A stretch of DNA of 64,000 nucleotides from Phycisphaerae bacterium (GTDB taxonomy: Bacteria; Planctomycetota; Phycisphaerae; UBA1845), in assembly GCA_029260015.1 (NCBI GenBank), contig JAJDEB010000034.1:146031-210030 (forward strand). The letters run 5' to 3'. Positions 19,122-28,467 of the stretch are shown piece by piece. The position numbers and the translations under genes are program-made. Position 1 is the first letter of the stretch, and each line of letters starts with the position of its first letter. Under the pieces are notes generated by a model, which searched no databases, was not told the origin of the DNA, and saw nothing but the letters and a program-made list of their open reading frames with translations.

Positions 19122-21164
19122 TTAGACTTGCCGGGGAATTGTGGTTGATGCGGCTGATGGAGTCTCGGACTCGGTTGATAAATCGGATGCGACTGGTTCA
19201 GAGTCATTGTTCGCTGAAGCTGGCACGCCTTGTGGACCCGCGGGTTGGTACTCGGGAACAATGTCGCCCAACATTTGACGAATCGCGTCTGGAGTCGAAT
19301 CGTCCGCAGACGCAATCAAGTGGTCGATCCTCTGAATCATCTCATCCCATTCCTCGCGACGAGACTGCCAGATACCGATCTTCGGGTGACGGGTCGGATT
19401 GACGTTTTCACCGTCGATCAGCAGTTCTTCAAAGAGCTTTTCGCCCGGACGTGTTCCTGAGAATACGACGTCGATGTCTTCACCGGGCCGAAGTCCGCTG
19501 AGCGTGATCATGTTGTGGGCCAGGTCCACGATCTTGACCGGATCGCCCATATCTAAGACGAAAATCTCTCCTCCGTTGCCCATCGTTCCGGCTTGCAGCA
19601 CAAGTTGCGCAGCTTCCGGAATGGTCATGAAGTACCGGGTCATGTCGGGATGGGTGACAGTGACCGGGCCGCCCTTGGCAATCTGCTGCTTGAAAATCGG
19701 GATCACACTGCCGCTGGAGCCCAACACGTTTCCGAAACGGACCGTGACAAACTGCGTCGCAGCCTGGTATCCGTATTGCTGAACGAACATCTCAGCCACA
19801 CGTTTGCTACACCCCATGACGCTGGTTGGGTTGACGGCTTTGTCGGTCGAAATCATCACCATCTTCGCCACGCCACATTCAGCAGCCGCCAACGCCACAG
19901 TACGCGTACCGACGATGTTGTTCTTAATTGCCTCGCCCGGATTGCATTCCATCATGGGCACATGTTTGTGAGCGGCAGCGTGGAAAACTTCGCTGGGTTG
20001 ATGTGCTTTGAAAATCTGCCGAATGCGGGTCGCATCACAAATGTCGGCAACAATCGGCTCGATGTCGAGTGCCGGAAATTTGCCCAGCAATTCACGGTGG
20101 ATCTCAAAGAGGTTGTTTTCAGCCTGTTCGATCAACAGCAATCTTTCGGGTTTGAACAGCGCGATTTGCCGGCACATTTCTGAACCAATGCTGCCCCCGG
20201 CACCCGTGACGACGATTCGCTTACCGGTAAGCTCGACACCGATATCGTCGTTGTCCAAAGTGACCGGTTCGCGCCCCAGCAGGTCTTCAATGTCAACCGG
20301 ACGAAGCTGGCTGACCTGAACCCGGCCGGCGATCAGATCGCTCATCGCCGGTATGGTGCGGAATTTCAGCGCATTGCCTTCACAGAACTTGATGACCTCA
20401 CGCAATTCCTTGGGCTTGGCGTTTGGCATCGCGATGAACAATTCGTCCACCCGATGATCCTTGCATATTTCTTTGATTTGATTGGTTCGACCGAGAACCT
20501 CGACGTTGTGAATCCGGTGGCCCAGATTCGCGACCTCGTCATCGACGAAACCGATCACGTTGAAACCCGCTGATCCGGATCGCAAGAGTTCGCGGAGGAG
20601 GTTTTGGCCATGATCGCCAGCGCCGACTATGAGGATTCGCGACTCGATCGTCGCATCCTTGCCACGCGTGTATTCGTAATATGAACGAAATAGAACCCGG
20701 GCAGCCGCCACGAAGTTGATCGTTGCTGCCCAATCAATCAGGAAAACTGCTTGGCGGAAGCCTGCACCCCGGTCGATTAGCGCCTCACCGGTCATGGAGT
20801 GGGCCAGGTTTTCGATTAGAAAGTAGGCCCCGATCAAGAAGAACGAGCTGACTTGGGCGGCGACGGCGATCTGCACCAAGTCGCGCAGGCCGACAAATCG
20901 CCATGACCCGTGAAACTGCTGCGTCCGGGCAAAGACCAGAAGTTTGATCGGCAGTGCAATCGCCGCAATAGGCAAGAAGAGATGGCCAATCCAGAATTGC
21001 CAGCCATGAAAGTTGTACGCAAGCCCAAACGCCGTAAACAACGCCAAGAGGAACAAGAAAGCATGGGCGAGCATCGACAACGTGTTGCGATGCTTGCGCC
21101 AGGCGTACTTGGGCCGCGAAGTTTCAGTCTCAGCGATTTCTTTCTCTGAAGATTCCAACGACAA
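19122..21164 (-). CDS. Membrane-anchored CapD/WbpM/PglF-type UDP-HexNAc 4,6-dehydratase
   Basis: The N-terminus has about four TM helices, followed by two Rossmann parts (ILIVGAGDHG and VTGAGGSIGSE). The SDR catalytic block is ISTDKAVNPTSVMGCSKRVAEM. Confidence 0.85.
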   Translation of the reverse strand: MSLESSEKEIAETETSRPKYAWRKHRNTLSMLAHAFLFLLALFTAFGLAYNFHGWQFWIGHLFLPIAAIALPIKLLVFARTQQFHGSWRFVGLRDLVQIAVAAQVSSFFLIGAYFLIENLAHSMTGEALIDRGAGFRQAVFLIDWAATINFVAAARVLFRSYYEYTRGKDATIESRILIVGAGDHGQNLLRELLRSGSAGFNVIGFVDDEVANLGHRIHNVEVLGRTNQIKEICKDHRVDELFIAMPNAKPKELREVIKFCEGNALKFRTIPAMSDLIAGRVQVSQLRPVDIEDLLGREPVTLDNDDIGVELTGKRIVVTGAGGSIGSEMCRQIALFKPERLLLIEQAENNLFEIHRELLGKFPALDIEPIVADICDATRIRQIFKAHQPSEVFHAAAHKHVPMMECNPGEAIKNNIVGTRTVALAAAECGVAKMVMISTDKAVNPTSVMGCSKRVAEMFVQQYGYQAATQFVTVRFGNVLGSSGSVIPIFKQQIAKGGPVTVTHPDMTRYFMTIPEAAQLVLQAGTMGNGGEIFVLDMGDPVKIVDLAHNMITLSGLRPGEDIDVVFSGTRPGEKLFEELLIDGENVNPTRHPKIGIWQSRREEWDEMIQRIDHLIASADDSTPDAIRQMLGDIVPEYQPAGPQGVPASANNDSEPVASDLSTESETPSAASTTIPRQV

Positions 21165-21318
21165 CCTCTGGTAGAATTCGATCCATGAGAACGATTCAGG
21201 TCACTTCCTATACTGCCAATCGACCGAACTTCTATCCTAAATCAACAGGCATTCAACCACAACGGGATTGGACTGTTTTGGCGATTATGAGACTTATTTT
21301 GATTGGCTGCGTCCCGAT

Positions 21319-21332
21319 AATTGAATTCAATT
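21319..21332. promoter_or_regulatory. Perfect 14-bp palindrome AATTGAATTCAATT upstream of the capD-like gene; candidate operator
   Basis: I read this directly. A further TTGAATTGAT half-site lies about 20 bp downstream (21351-21360). Both are in the 272-bp gap between the hypothetical gene and the capD-like start. Confidence 0.3.
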
Positions 21333-21436
21333 GTTGGGTTCACTCAGGACTTGAATTGATTGGCGTCGGAAACGACTCGGACAAAAATGTCAGTGATGAC
21401 CGCGTAGCCTGAAGACTACGATGATTCGCTGACGCC

Positions 21437-22621
21437 CTATCCAATAGCGCCCGCCGACGCATTGTCTTTGGCATCGCGTTCGTCCAGCACCTCTTGCAGC
21501 TTGTCAAGAAAACCGGCGTATTCTGACACGCGAAACTCGTCCCTTAACCGTGAGGCTGCTTTGATCGCGGTGTTTTGTTTGACTGGTGAATCTGCGTCAA
21601 GCCACAGGACAAAGGCCTGAATGGCCGCGAACTCGGCAGATTTTGGATTGGAGCTGACCAGTGCCGCACATTCGGAATGCAATCGCTCGCCATCGCGCGA
21701 CGTTGGCAATATTGACCCCAATGGATATTGCGCTGCAAACATTTCGGGATTGTGTCGCCAGAGCGACTGGAGCTGAACTACAGCGGTCTGAAACTGGCGA
21801 TCGGCTACAGCGCTGATGAACGCCCCAAGCTTGGGGTCCAGTTCTTCTTCAATGCCCGAACCTGCTCGTTGGAATGCCTTACGACTTTGATGGTACGATC
21901 CTTCTTTTAGCAGTTCCCACGCCTTGTCAATTTGCTTTTTGCGAACAGATGTAATTCTACGCCGCAACTGCTCGGCGTGAGTCATGTTGTTAGAAGCATT
22001 CGCCGCGAGGTCGTCGGTCACTTCCGGCATGTTAAGCAGAGAATCATTGGTTTCTTCGTCTCGAAGCGCTCTCTGCTGCAGGCCCAATGCAATCGGATGG
22101 TGAAAGGCGTTTACATAAGTCAATTCGTTTGTGTTTCTGATGTCGAAATCAATGTTGCCCGACTCGAATCTTGGCGGAGCGGTCGGATAAGTTCGTTGCA
22201 TTCCAACGAATGCTGGCGGTGAAAAAAAACGCACCGTTCCACTATTACCAAAATAACGGATCAGCGAGCCTGACCTGAGATCGTTGCTGTATCTCGTCCC
22301 TTGAAAGAAAACTCCACTTCCCAAGCCCTGTCGCGACCCTCTTGAAGCGAATGGATTCACATTGGCAGAAAACGACGAATTTACAAATCCAACCTGACTT
22401 GCACGTCCGGAATTCAAGGATGATGTCCTGGCGAACAGACCACCCGATTGAATCGTCCGATTCAATGTCGCACCGATTTGGTTCGTCCCGCGTCTGGCAT
22501 ATAGCGAACCTTGGTTACTCTGTTGAGCCAGCGACTTTTGCCCGGGCCAAATCGTACAAAGCAATACCGCCATGAGCGGCACAGAAGTGGACAGTTTGTT
22601 TATTCGGTTTGCAGGACTCAT
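21437..22621 (-). CDS. Hypothetical secreted protein (low-complexity N-terminal half, helical C-terminal half)
   Basis: Starting from the ATG at 22621 gives signal peptide MSPANRINKLSTSVPLMAVLLCTIWPGQKSLAQQ. The N-terminal half is rich in S/G/N/R/F and the C-terminal part is helical and TPR-like. I did not recognise a family. Confidence 0.5.
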   Translation of the reverse strand: MSPANRINKLSTSVPLMAVLLCTIWPGQKSLAQQSNQGSLYARRGTNQIGATLNRTIQSGGLFARTSSLNSGRASQVGFVNSSFSANVNPFASRGSRQGLGSGVFFQGTRYSNDLRSGSLIRYFGNSGTVRFFSPPAFVGMQRTYPTAPPRFESGNIDFDIRNTNELTYVNAFHHPIALGLQQRALRDEETNDSLLNMPEVTDDLAANASNNMTHAEQLRRRITSVRKKQIDKAWELLKEGSYHQSRKAFQRAGSGIEEELDPKLGAFISAVADRQFQTAVVQLQSLWRHNPEMFAAQYPLGSILPTSRDGERLHSECAALVSSNPKSAEFAAIQAFVLWLDADSPVKQNTAIKAASRLRDEFRVSEYAGFLDKLQEVLDERDAKDNASAGAIG

Positions 22622-22882
22622 AGTCTCGGTCGACTCTCCGATCGCAATACGCAACAAAATATACTATTCTCACGCGAATGGTTGATCAACGTCTCAGTAG
22701 TGAAGCCCCGACCGTGCCAGACTTCTCCAGCGATCACCGTCCGCTGTACGCTCTCTATCGGCAGATCAATCGAGATTGGGCGACTCCCCGTTAATATGTA
22801 CGCGTAAAAAAGGTGGTCGTTCGATTAACTTTGCGGCTCTGGGACAAGAAGTTGCGTCAGGTATTGGATAACGAGGAGTCGG

Positions 22883-24457
22883 TTGGCCGAAAGGAAGCCC
22901 ATGTCAGAATCCACAAGCCATGATCCCAGTGCGACTCTTGGGCATCGCGGAAAATCACCGGGAATTACATGGACACTTACATTCGTGGGAGTAGCCGCCC
23001 TTTATCTGTTTACCGTTGCACCAGGCATCTTGTGGGGGGATTCTGGTGAGGCTCAGTTGCGCGTGTTCACCTGCCAACTTCATGATTTTAGAGAGATCGC
23101 TCGATCGCATGTGACATATTACGCCATCGCGTGTGGACTTACGAAACTGTTTGCAGCCGACCCGATTTACACTGCCAACATGGTTTCCGCGCTGGCGGGG
23201 GCGGCCACCGTTGCCAATCTTACGGTTCTTTGTGCAGGCTTTGTTCGGTCGTGGGTCGCTCTTGCAAGCGGCGCCTTGCTTCTGGCGTTTTCGCACACAC
23301 ATTGGCAAATGAGCGCAGGGGCTGAAGTCGTTTCGTTCTCGACGATGTTTATGACGTTGGAATTGTTGTTTGTTGTTCTGTTCATCCGTCGGAGATCGTT
23401 CATCTACATCCTCCTTGCCGGCTTGGCCGGTGGAATCGGATGGTCGACTCACAATTTCGCGTTACTCATGTGGCCCGCATATTTCGTCATACTTCTCTCA
23501 AAACCCGAGTGCGTGAAGTCGTTAAGTTTCCGGCGGGTGCTCCTCATTGCACTATTTTGGCTTGTAGGTGTGCTACCGCTGATTTGTTCGATGTTCGGTC
23601 AGGTGGAAAACGTTGACAACAATACCGGCACGATGACTTCATTGTTTGTGGGGATCTATGGCAGAAATGTCTTTAATGCAAGCATTTCGGCGGGAATGTT
23701 GTTTCAAGTTCTTGCTTACATTTGTATGAACTTTCCGACGCCACTTCTTTTCCTTCTGCCACTTGGTGTCTGGCGTATCGCTAAAACACAGGATAGGGCC
23801 ATTTCGGTATTCCTGATTGTTGGCGCAGCGACATATTTTGGATTTGCGGCCCGATACAACGTTCCCGATCAATATACGTTCTTAATGCACAGCTATATCT
23901 ACTTTGCGTTGTTTATCGCAGTTGGTGTTGATTGGATTCTCGAACGGTTTGGGCGCAGCTGGTTCAAGGCCCTAACAATTCTGCTGGCGAGTCTAGCACC
24001 CTTGTTCTATGCAATTCTGCCCGAATTGGCAGAGCAACACCTTGTCGGACGGATCAGTCTGCCTTTAAGAGTTTTGCCATATCGCCCCCCGTTTGAATGG
24101 TTCCTTCAACCTTGGCGTTGCGGAAATGACGGAGCTGAACGGTATGCGCAGGAAGTCTTGGAGAGTCTTCCACAGAATGCGGTTCTGATTGTGGACTCAA
24201 CAACCAGCCGTCCTATCAATCTGGTCCAGGGCACTCAGCAATTCCGGCTAGATGTCCGGATGCCCACGGACCATCTCGCTCGGCCTTGGGCGAGTGAATT
24301 CGTCTTGCAAGAAAGCGAAATAGACGAATTGGTGGCACAATCCCTTCTTTTCTGCACGCTCGAAAAAACATGGTATTGGATGGAATGGAACATGGCGGAA
24401 CGATTTGAGGTCGTTCCATTTGGTCTGGTTTACCAAGTCGTCGGTCGGCGCGACTAA
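22883..24457 (+). CDS. Polytopic GT-C-like membrane protein (DUF2723/TMEM260-like)
   Basis: The 524-aa protein has 10 or more hydrophobic segments. The N-terminal block FTVAPGILWGDSGEAQL resembles the DUF2723 opening motif, and a soluble tail follows. An alternative ATG start lies at 22901. Confidence 0.5.
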   Translation: MAERKPMSESTSHDPSATLGHRGKSPGITWTLTFVGVAALYLFTVAPGILWGDSGEAQLRVFTCQLHDFREIARSHVTYYAIACGLTKLFAADPIYTANMVSALAGAATVANLTVLCAGFVRSWVALASGALLLAFSHTHWQMSAGAEVVSFSTMFMTLELLFVVLFIRRRSFIYILLAGLAGGIGWSTHNFALLMWPAYFVILLSKPECVKSLSFRRVLLIALFWLVGVLPLICSMFGQVENVDNNTGTMTSLFVGIYGRNVFNASISAGMLFQVLAYICMNFPTPLLFLLPLGVWRIAKTQDRAISVFLIVGAATYFGFAARYNVPDQYTFLMHSYIYFALFIAVGVDWILERFGRSWFKALTILLASLAPLFYAILPELAEQHLVGRISLPLRVLPYRPPFEWFLQPWRCGNDGAERYAQEVLESLPQNAVLIVDSTTSRPINLVQGTQQFRLDVRMPTDHLARPWASEFVLQESEIDELVAQSLLFCTLEKTWYWMEWNMAERFEVVPFGLVYQVVGRRD

Positions 24458-24824
24458 GGGGTTATTGATCCCAACCCACCCGAACCATTCATCAAGTTCC
24501 TACGTAAGTGCCCCAGAGTACGCCTGATTGCCTTGCAAACGGACAAATGCTCTAGATGTAAGGAGTTATGACCGATATAAACCGTGTTATTGAGCCGTTT
24601 GGCGGTACTTCTGGGCCTTCGAAGTGATGTGCTAATCGGCGACAATCGGGACAAATCTCCTTTGGGATTGGCGTTCGATTGCGGCCAATTGAGGCGGCTG
24701 ACGGGGACGGAGTCCGCCCGCGTCGCAGAATTTCAAGACTCTGAGCACATGGTCGTGTAGGAGAAACCGCTCCTGAATTCAAGTCAGTCTGGCCTCTTTT
24801 GCCAGTCTATAGCGTAATGAATCC

Positions 24825-25967
24825 ATGAATATCTCATTCATCTTTGGGACCCGACCTGAGGCAATCAAGTTGGCTCCGGTCATCCTTGCGGCGCAGCAGG
24901 CGGACGGTATCAATCCGCATGTGTGCGTTACCGGGCAGCATCAATCGATGCTTACGCAGGTTCTTGACGCATTCTCGATCGAAGCCCATGCAAACTTACA
25001 ACTCATGCAAGACAATCAATCACTTGCCGGATTTTCATCTCGGGCGTTAAAAGCGATTGATGTTTACTTGCGCGAGGTGCAACCAAACATGGTTTTGGTA
25101 CAAGGTGACACATCGACTGTGTTGTGCGCGGCGCTTGCCGCTTTTTATCTCCAGATACCTGTTGGCCATGTCGAGGCCGGTCTTCGCACCGGCGATCCGT
25201 ACTCACCTTTTCCCGAAGAGATGAATCGCGTTCTGGTGTCGCGGATGGCTGATCTTCATTTTGCACCGACCGATGTCGCACGAGACGTGCTCGTTGCGGA
25301 AGGCGTTGCTCCCCAAAAGATTGCGGTGACCGGTAATACGATCGTCGACGCCCTGAAGATTGCCAGCGAAGGAATTGATGGCAAGACAATTCGTGTTGCG
25401 GGATTGCCCAACGAAATTATTGACGCAAACGATTCCAAGAGAATTGTTCTAATTACGGGGCATCGCAGAGAGAGTTTCGGACAGGAATTTGAAAACATCT
25501 GCAATGCGATTTTGCAACTGGCCCAAGACTTTCCTGAAGTTGCGTTTGTCTACCCCGTTCATTTGAATCCGAATTTACAGGAGCCGGTCGGCCGCATTCT
25601 AAGCGATCAATCGAACATCCATCTCTTGAAACCGCTGGGCTATCTTCCGTTTGTCGCGCTAATGAAACGCGCCGCCATTATTTTGACCGATTCAGGTGGC
25701 ATTCAGGAAGAAGCGCCGTCTCTCGGCAAACCCGTGTTGGTCATGCGCCACTCGACGGAAAGACCCGAAGGGATAGCCGCAGGAACTGCAATGCTCGTTG
25801 GTACAGATCAAGATTGTATCGTGCGTTCAGTTTCGACGCTATTGAACGACGATGCCCAATATCAAAAAATGGCACGAGCCGTGAATCCGTACGGCGACGG
25901 AAACGCTTCGGCCCGAATCATTCAAAGGTTGCAGGAACGAGCTCTAGTCCTTGTTTCAACATTTTAA
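24825..25967 (+). CDS. wecB: UDP-N-acetylglucosamine 2-epimerase (non-hydrolysing), paralogue 1
   Basis: Motifs FGTRPEAIKLAP, VTGQH, GDTSTVL, GHVEAGLRTGD, PEEMNR and LTDSGGIQEEAPSLGKPVLV are present. Confidence 0.9.
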   Translation: MNISFIFGTRPEAIKLAPVILAAQQADGINPHVCVTGQHQSMLTQVLDAFSIEAHANLQLMQDNQSLAGFSSRALKAIDVYLREVQPNMVLVQGDTSTVLCAALAAFYLQIPVGHVEAGLRTGDPYSPFPEEMNRVLVSRMADLHFAPTDVARDVLVAEGVAPQKIAVTGNTIVDALKIASEGIDGKTIRVAGLPNEIIDANDSKRIVLITGHRRESFGQEFENICNAILQLAQDFPEVAFVYPVHLNPNLQEPVGRILSDQSNIHLLKPLGYLPFVALMKRAAIILTDSGGIQEEAPSLGKPVLVMRHSTERPEGIAAGTAMLVGTDQDCIVRSVSTLLNDDAQYQKMARAVNPYGDGNASARIIQRLQERALVLVSTF

Positions 25968-28446
25968 TCCATTGGTTAACAATCGCGCACTTATTTTATC
26001 GTTCGCCTGTTTTAGCATATCGTTTGCAGCAGGTTGCAAAGCGGACAACCCGGATTCGCAGCCGAAGAACCTTGCATTGGGAAAGACCTATCGGATTTTT
26101 CCCGAGCCAAACTACAAATTGTGTACCGACCCAGGTGATTCAATCCAACTAACAGATGGTGTCGCTGCTGGTTGCATATGGCAACGAAAATCAACGGTCG
26201 GATGGTATAACCCCGAGGGTGTCCCCACCATCATCATTGATTTGGGCACAAGTCAGCGAATTGGAAAAATCAAAATCCATACCGTCGGTGGCGGGCATGC
26301 GGGCGTCTATTTCCCGGCTCAGGCTTTGGTTCTTATTGGCAACAACGGTCACGACTATCAGTTGGCGGAAACGTTTGAGGGATTAAGTCTTACGAGAGAA
26401 TCCAAGAAAACCGGACGCGGTGTTCCCCATACGTTTGAGTCGAAAGATCTTCAGATGGAGGGACGGTTCGTTTGCGTGGCGATTCAGCCCGATCAATCGC
26501 TCGTATTTGTTGACGAAATTGAAGTGCTTGCACCCGAAGTCGAAGAAGCCAATGCAAGGGGAGATAATCGACCTTGGCGATCACTATCAGATTTGTCTAG
26601 GGTCTTCACTGAAAGCAGAGAATGCACGGTTATTCAGCAAGAATTCGACCGCTTTCTGGACGCCCAACCGTCCACTAGAAAGAGTGCGTCTGATCCCGTT
26701 GCTGACGCCATTTTCCAAAGGGCGCACGCGCTCAAAGCCGAACTGCAAGATGACGCATTCGCGTTCCCACAAAAGCTTGAGAAACTAGAGCAGGAATTTG
26801 AAGTTCTTCGAGGACGATGGCTCGCGAACCGCTACAAGCGCGACTTCGTTTGGCACGTTGTCGATCCCATGCAACAGCCTCGCCGTGACGACATTTACGA
26901 TCAACGGCATGACCAAGAAGCGGGTTCACTTGCATTGGAGCTTTGGCAAGGTGAGTACGAATCGGGCGCAGTGAATTTGATAAACTGTTCTGATTCGCCG
27001 TTGAAGATCGTGGTTTCGATCAGTCCGTTGCAATCAAAAGGTGGCGGAACGTTTAGCTCGGCGGACACTGTGTCATTGAAACATGCGGTATACGTGCATG
27101 CACCGGGAATGGGGTTCATCGGTGATGCTCTGCCACCTATCGCCAATGACATCATTGAGATATCGCCTGGCTCCGTAGGACAGTTGTGGATCACGGTTCA
27201 TAATCCTGAACTTGAACCCGGCCGCTATGACTTTTCAATCAGCCTGCGCAAAGTTCTGGGAAACATCATTTCCAAAGACGCAACCTATGTTCATGCATCG
27301 GTGGTGGTACACCCTGTACGTTTTCCAAAGCAGACCACACTCAAAACGCACAACTGGGCGTATCTCTCGCAATTCCCATTTAATACGGCAGAGCTCGAAT
27401 CTACTGTTGCCGATCTTACCAGCCACTATACCAACGTTCGAATTCTCGCCTCCAGTGCTCTTCCGACGGGCTCAGTGCGCCCCGACGGTTCAGTACACGT
27501 TGACTTCTCTAAATTCGATCGAGCATTCGACATTGCACCCGATACGGAGCAATTCATGTTTTTCTGGGGGATGTCTGATCGCAATCTCAAAAACACGATC
27601 CGTGTTCGGGGCGCAGGCGAATGGATGTCATCGACCTGGAGGACGGCGCTGAAGCATTACGTCAATCAATGGATCAGCCATTTGAAGACTCGTGGAATCG
27701 GATACGATCGCTTTCTGATGTATCCGTTTGATGAAAGCTGTGGCGACCAGTTTTATGAACTCTTGCGCGAGATCAAATCCATTGATCCTCGTGTGCGCAC
27801 GTTTGCAAACACACCCGGTGCCAAGCACCCATCGGAAATCAAACGACTCATTCCCTATGTGGATCAGTGGTGTTTGCCAGAGAATGTCGCCAGATCGCGT
27901 AAGGCCCGGGAAATTTTGAGGTCAAGCGGTGTCTCGAATATCTGGCGCTACAACGTGAAAGGGCCCGCACGAGAACTTTCTCCGTATCATTACTATCGAT
28001 TGCAATCATGGCGGGCGTGGGCGGACGGAGACACTGGTACAGGCATTTGGGTCTACGCGCGCTATGCGCCAAACGACCAATGCCGCGGCGCCGACTACGC
28101 GACTTGCGAACGACTGATTCACGCCGTTGTTTACGAACGTGGTGACCTGAATCTCCCCAGATCGAGCGATCGGATGATCACGAGTCGGCGATGGGAGGCT
28201 TGGCGAGATGGAGTTGAAGATTATGAGTATCTCGTGCGGACACGTGACCTCGCGGACTCGATGCTGAATGGACCGGCTCACATCAAGGCAAAAGGTCGGC
28301 AACTTAAGAAAGAGATCGACAAAATCGTTTTTAACGTGTCTGCTGATTCAAGAAATGTGTATCGCGCCCGTCGTCAATTGACCAATGCGATTCTCGAATC
28401 CAACATCAACAACCTTGCGAACTTAAAGACGCCCGAACCAGACTAA
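25951..28446 (+). CDS. Lipoprotein with a discoidin-like N-terminal domain and a DUF4091 (GH123-like) C-terminal domain
   Basis: The lipobox reads SISFAAGC. A jelly-roll-like block reads LTDGVAAGCIW...IIIDLGTSQRIGKIKIH. The C-terminal blocks YPFDESCGD, WRAWADGDTGTGIWVY and SRRWEAWRDGVEDYEYL resemble DUF4091. The gene has a TTG start and overlaps wecB by 17 nt. Confidence 0.55.
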   Translation: MFQHFNPLVNNRALILSFACFSISFAAGCKADNPDSQPKNLALGKTYRIFPEPNYKLCTDPGDSIQLTDGVAAGCIWQRKSTVGWYNPEGVPTIIIDLGTSQRIGKIKIHTVGGGHAGVYFPAQALVLIGNNGHDYQLAETFEGLSLTRESKKTGRGVPHTFESKDLQMEGRFVCVAIQPDQSLVFVDEIEVLAPEVEEANARGDNRPWRSLSDLSRVFTESRECTVIQQEFDRFLDAQPSTRKSASDPVADAIFQRAHALKAELQDDAFAFPQKLEKLEQEFEVLRGRWLANRYKRDFVWHVVDPMQQPRRDDIYDQRHDQEAGSLALELWQGEYESGAVNLINCSDSPLKIVVSISPLQSKGGGTFSSADTVSLKHAVYVHAPGMGFIGDALPPIANDIIEISPGSVGQLWITVHNPELEPGRYDFSISLRKVLGNIISKDATYVHASVVVHPVRFPKQTTLKTHNWAYLSQFPFNTAELESTVADLTSHYTNVRILASSALPTGSVRPDGSVHVDFSKFDRAFDIAPDTEQFMFFWGMSDRNLKNTIRVRGAGEWMSSTWRTALKHYVNQWISHLKTRGIGYDRFLMYPFDESCGDQFYELLREIKSIDPRVRTFANTPGAKHPSEIKRLIPYVDQWCLPENVARSRKAREILRSSGVSNIWRYNVKGPARELSPYHYYRLQSWRAWADGDTGTGIWVYARYAPNDQCRGADYATCERLIHAVVYERGDLNLPRSSDRMITSRRWEAWRDGVEDYEYLVRTRDLADSMLNGPAHIKAKGRQLKKEIDKIVFNVSADSRNVYRARRQLTNAILESNINNLANLKTPEPD

Positions 28447-28467
28447 CGACTAGTTCGCCCTACGCCA

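Noticed and set aside
24552-24782. A minus-strand 76-aa ORF containing ICPDCRR, considered as a zinc-ribbon or transposase remnant
   Set aside because: A single CxxC is not a zinc ribbon. The rest of the peptide is Pro/Arg/Ser-rich with no motif, and no inverted repeats flank it. I cannot support it as a gene or pseudogene.
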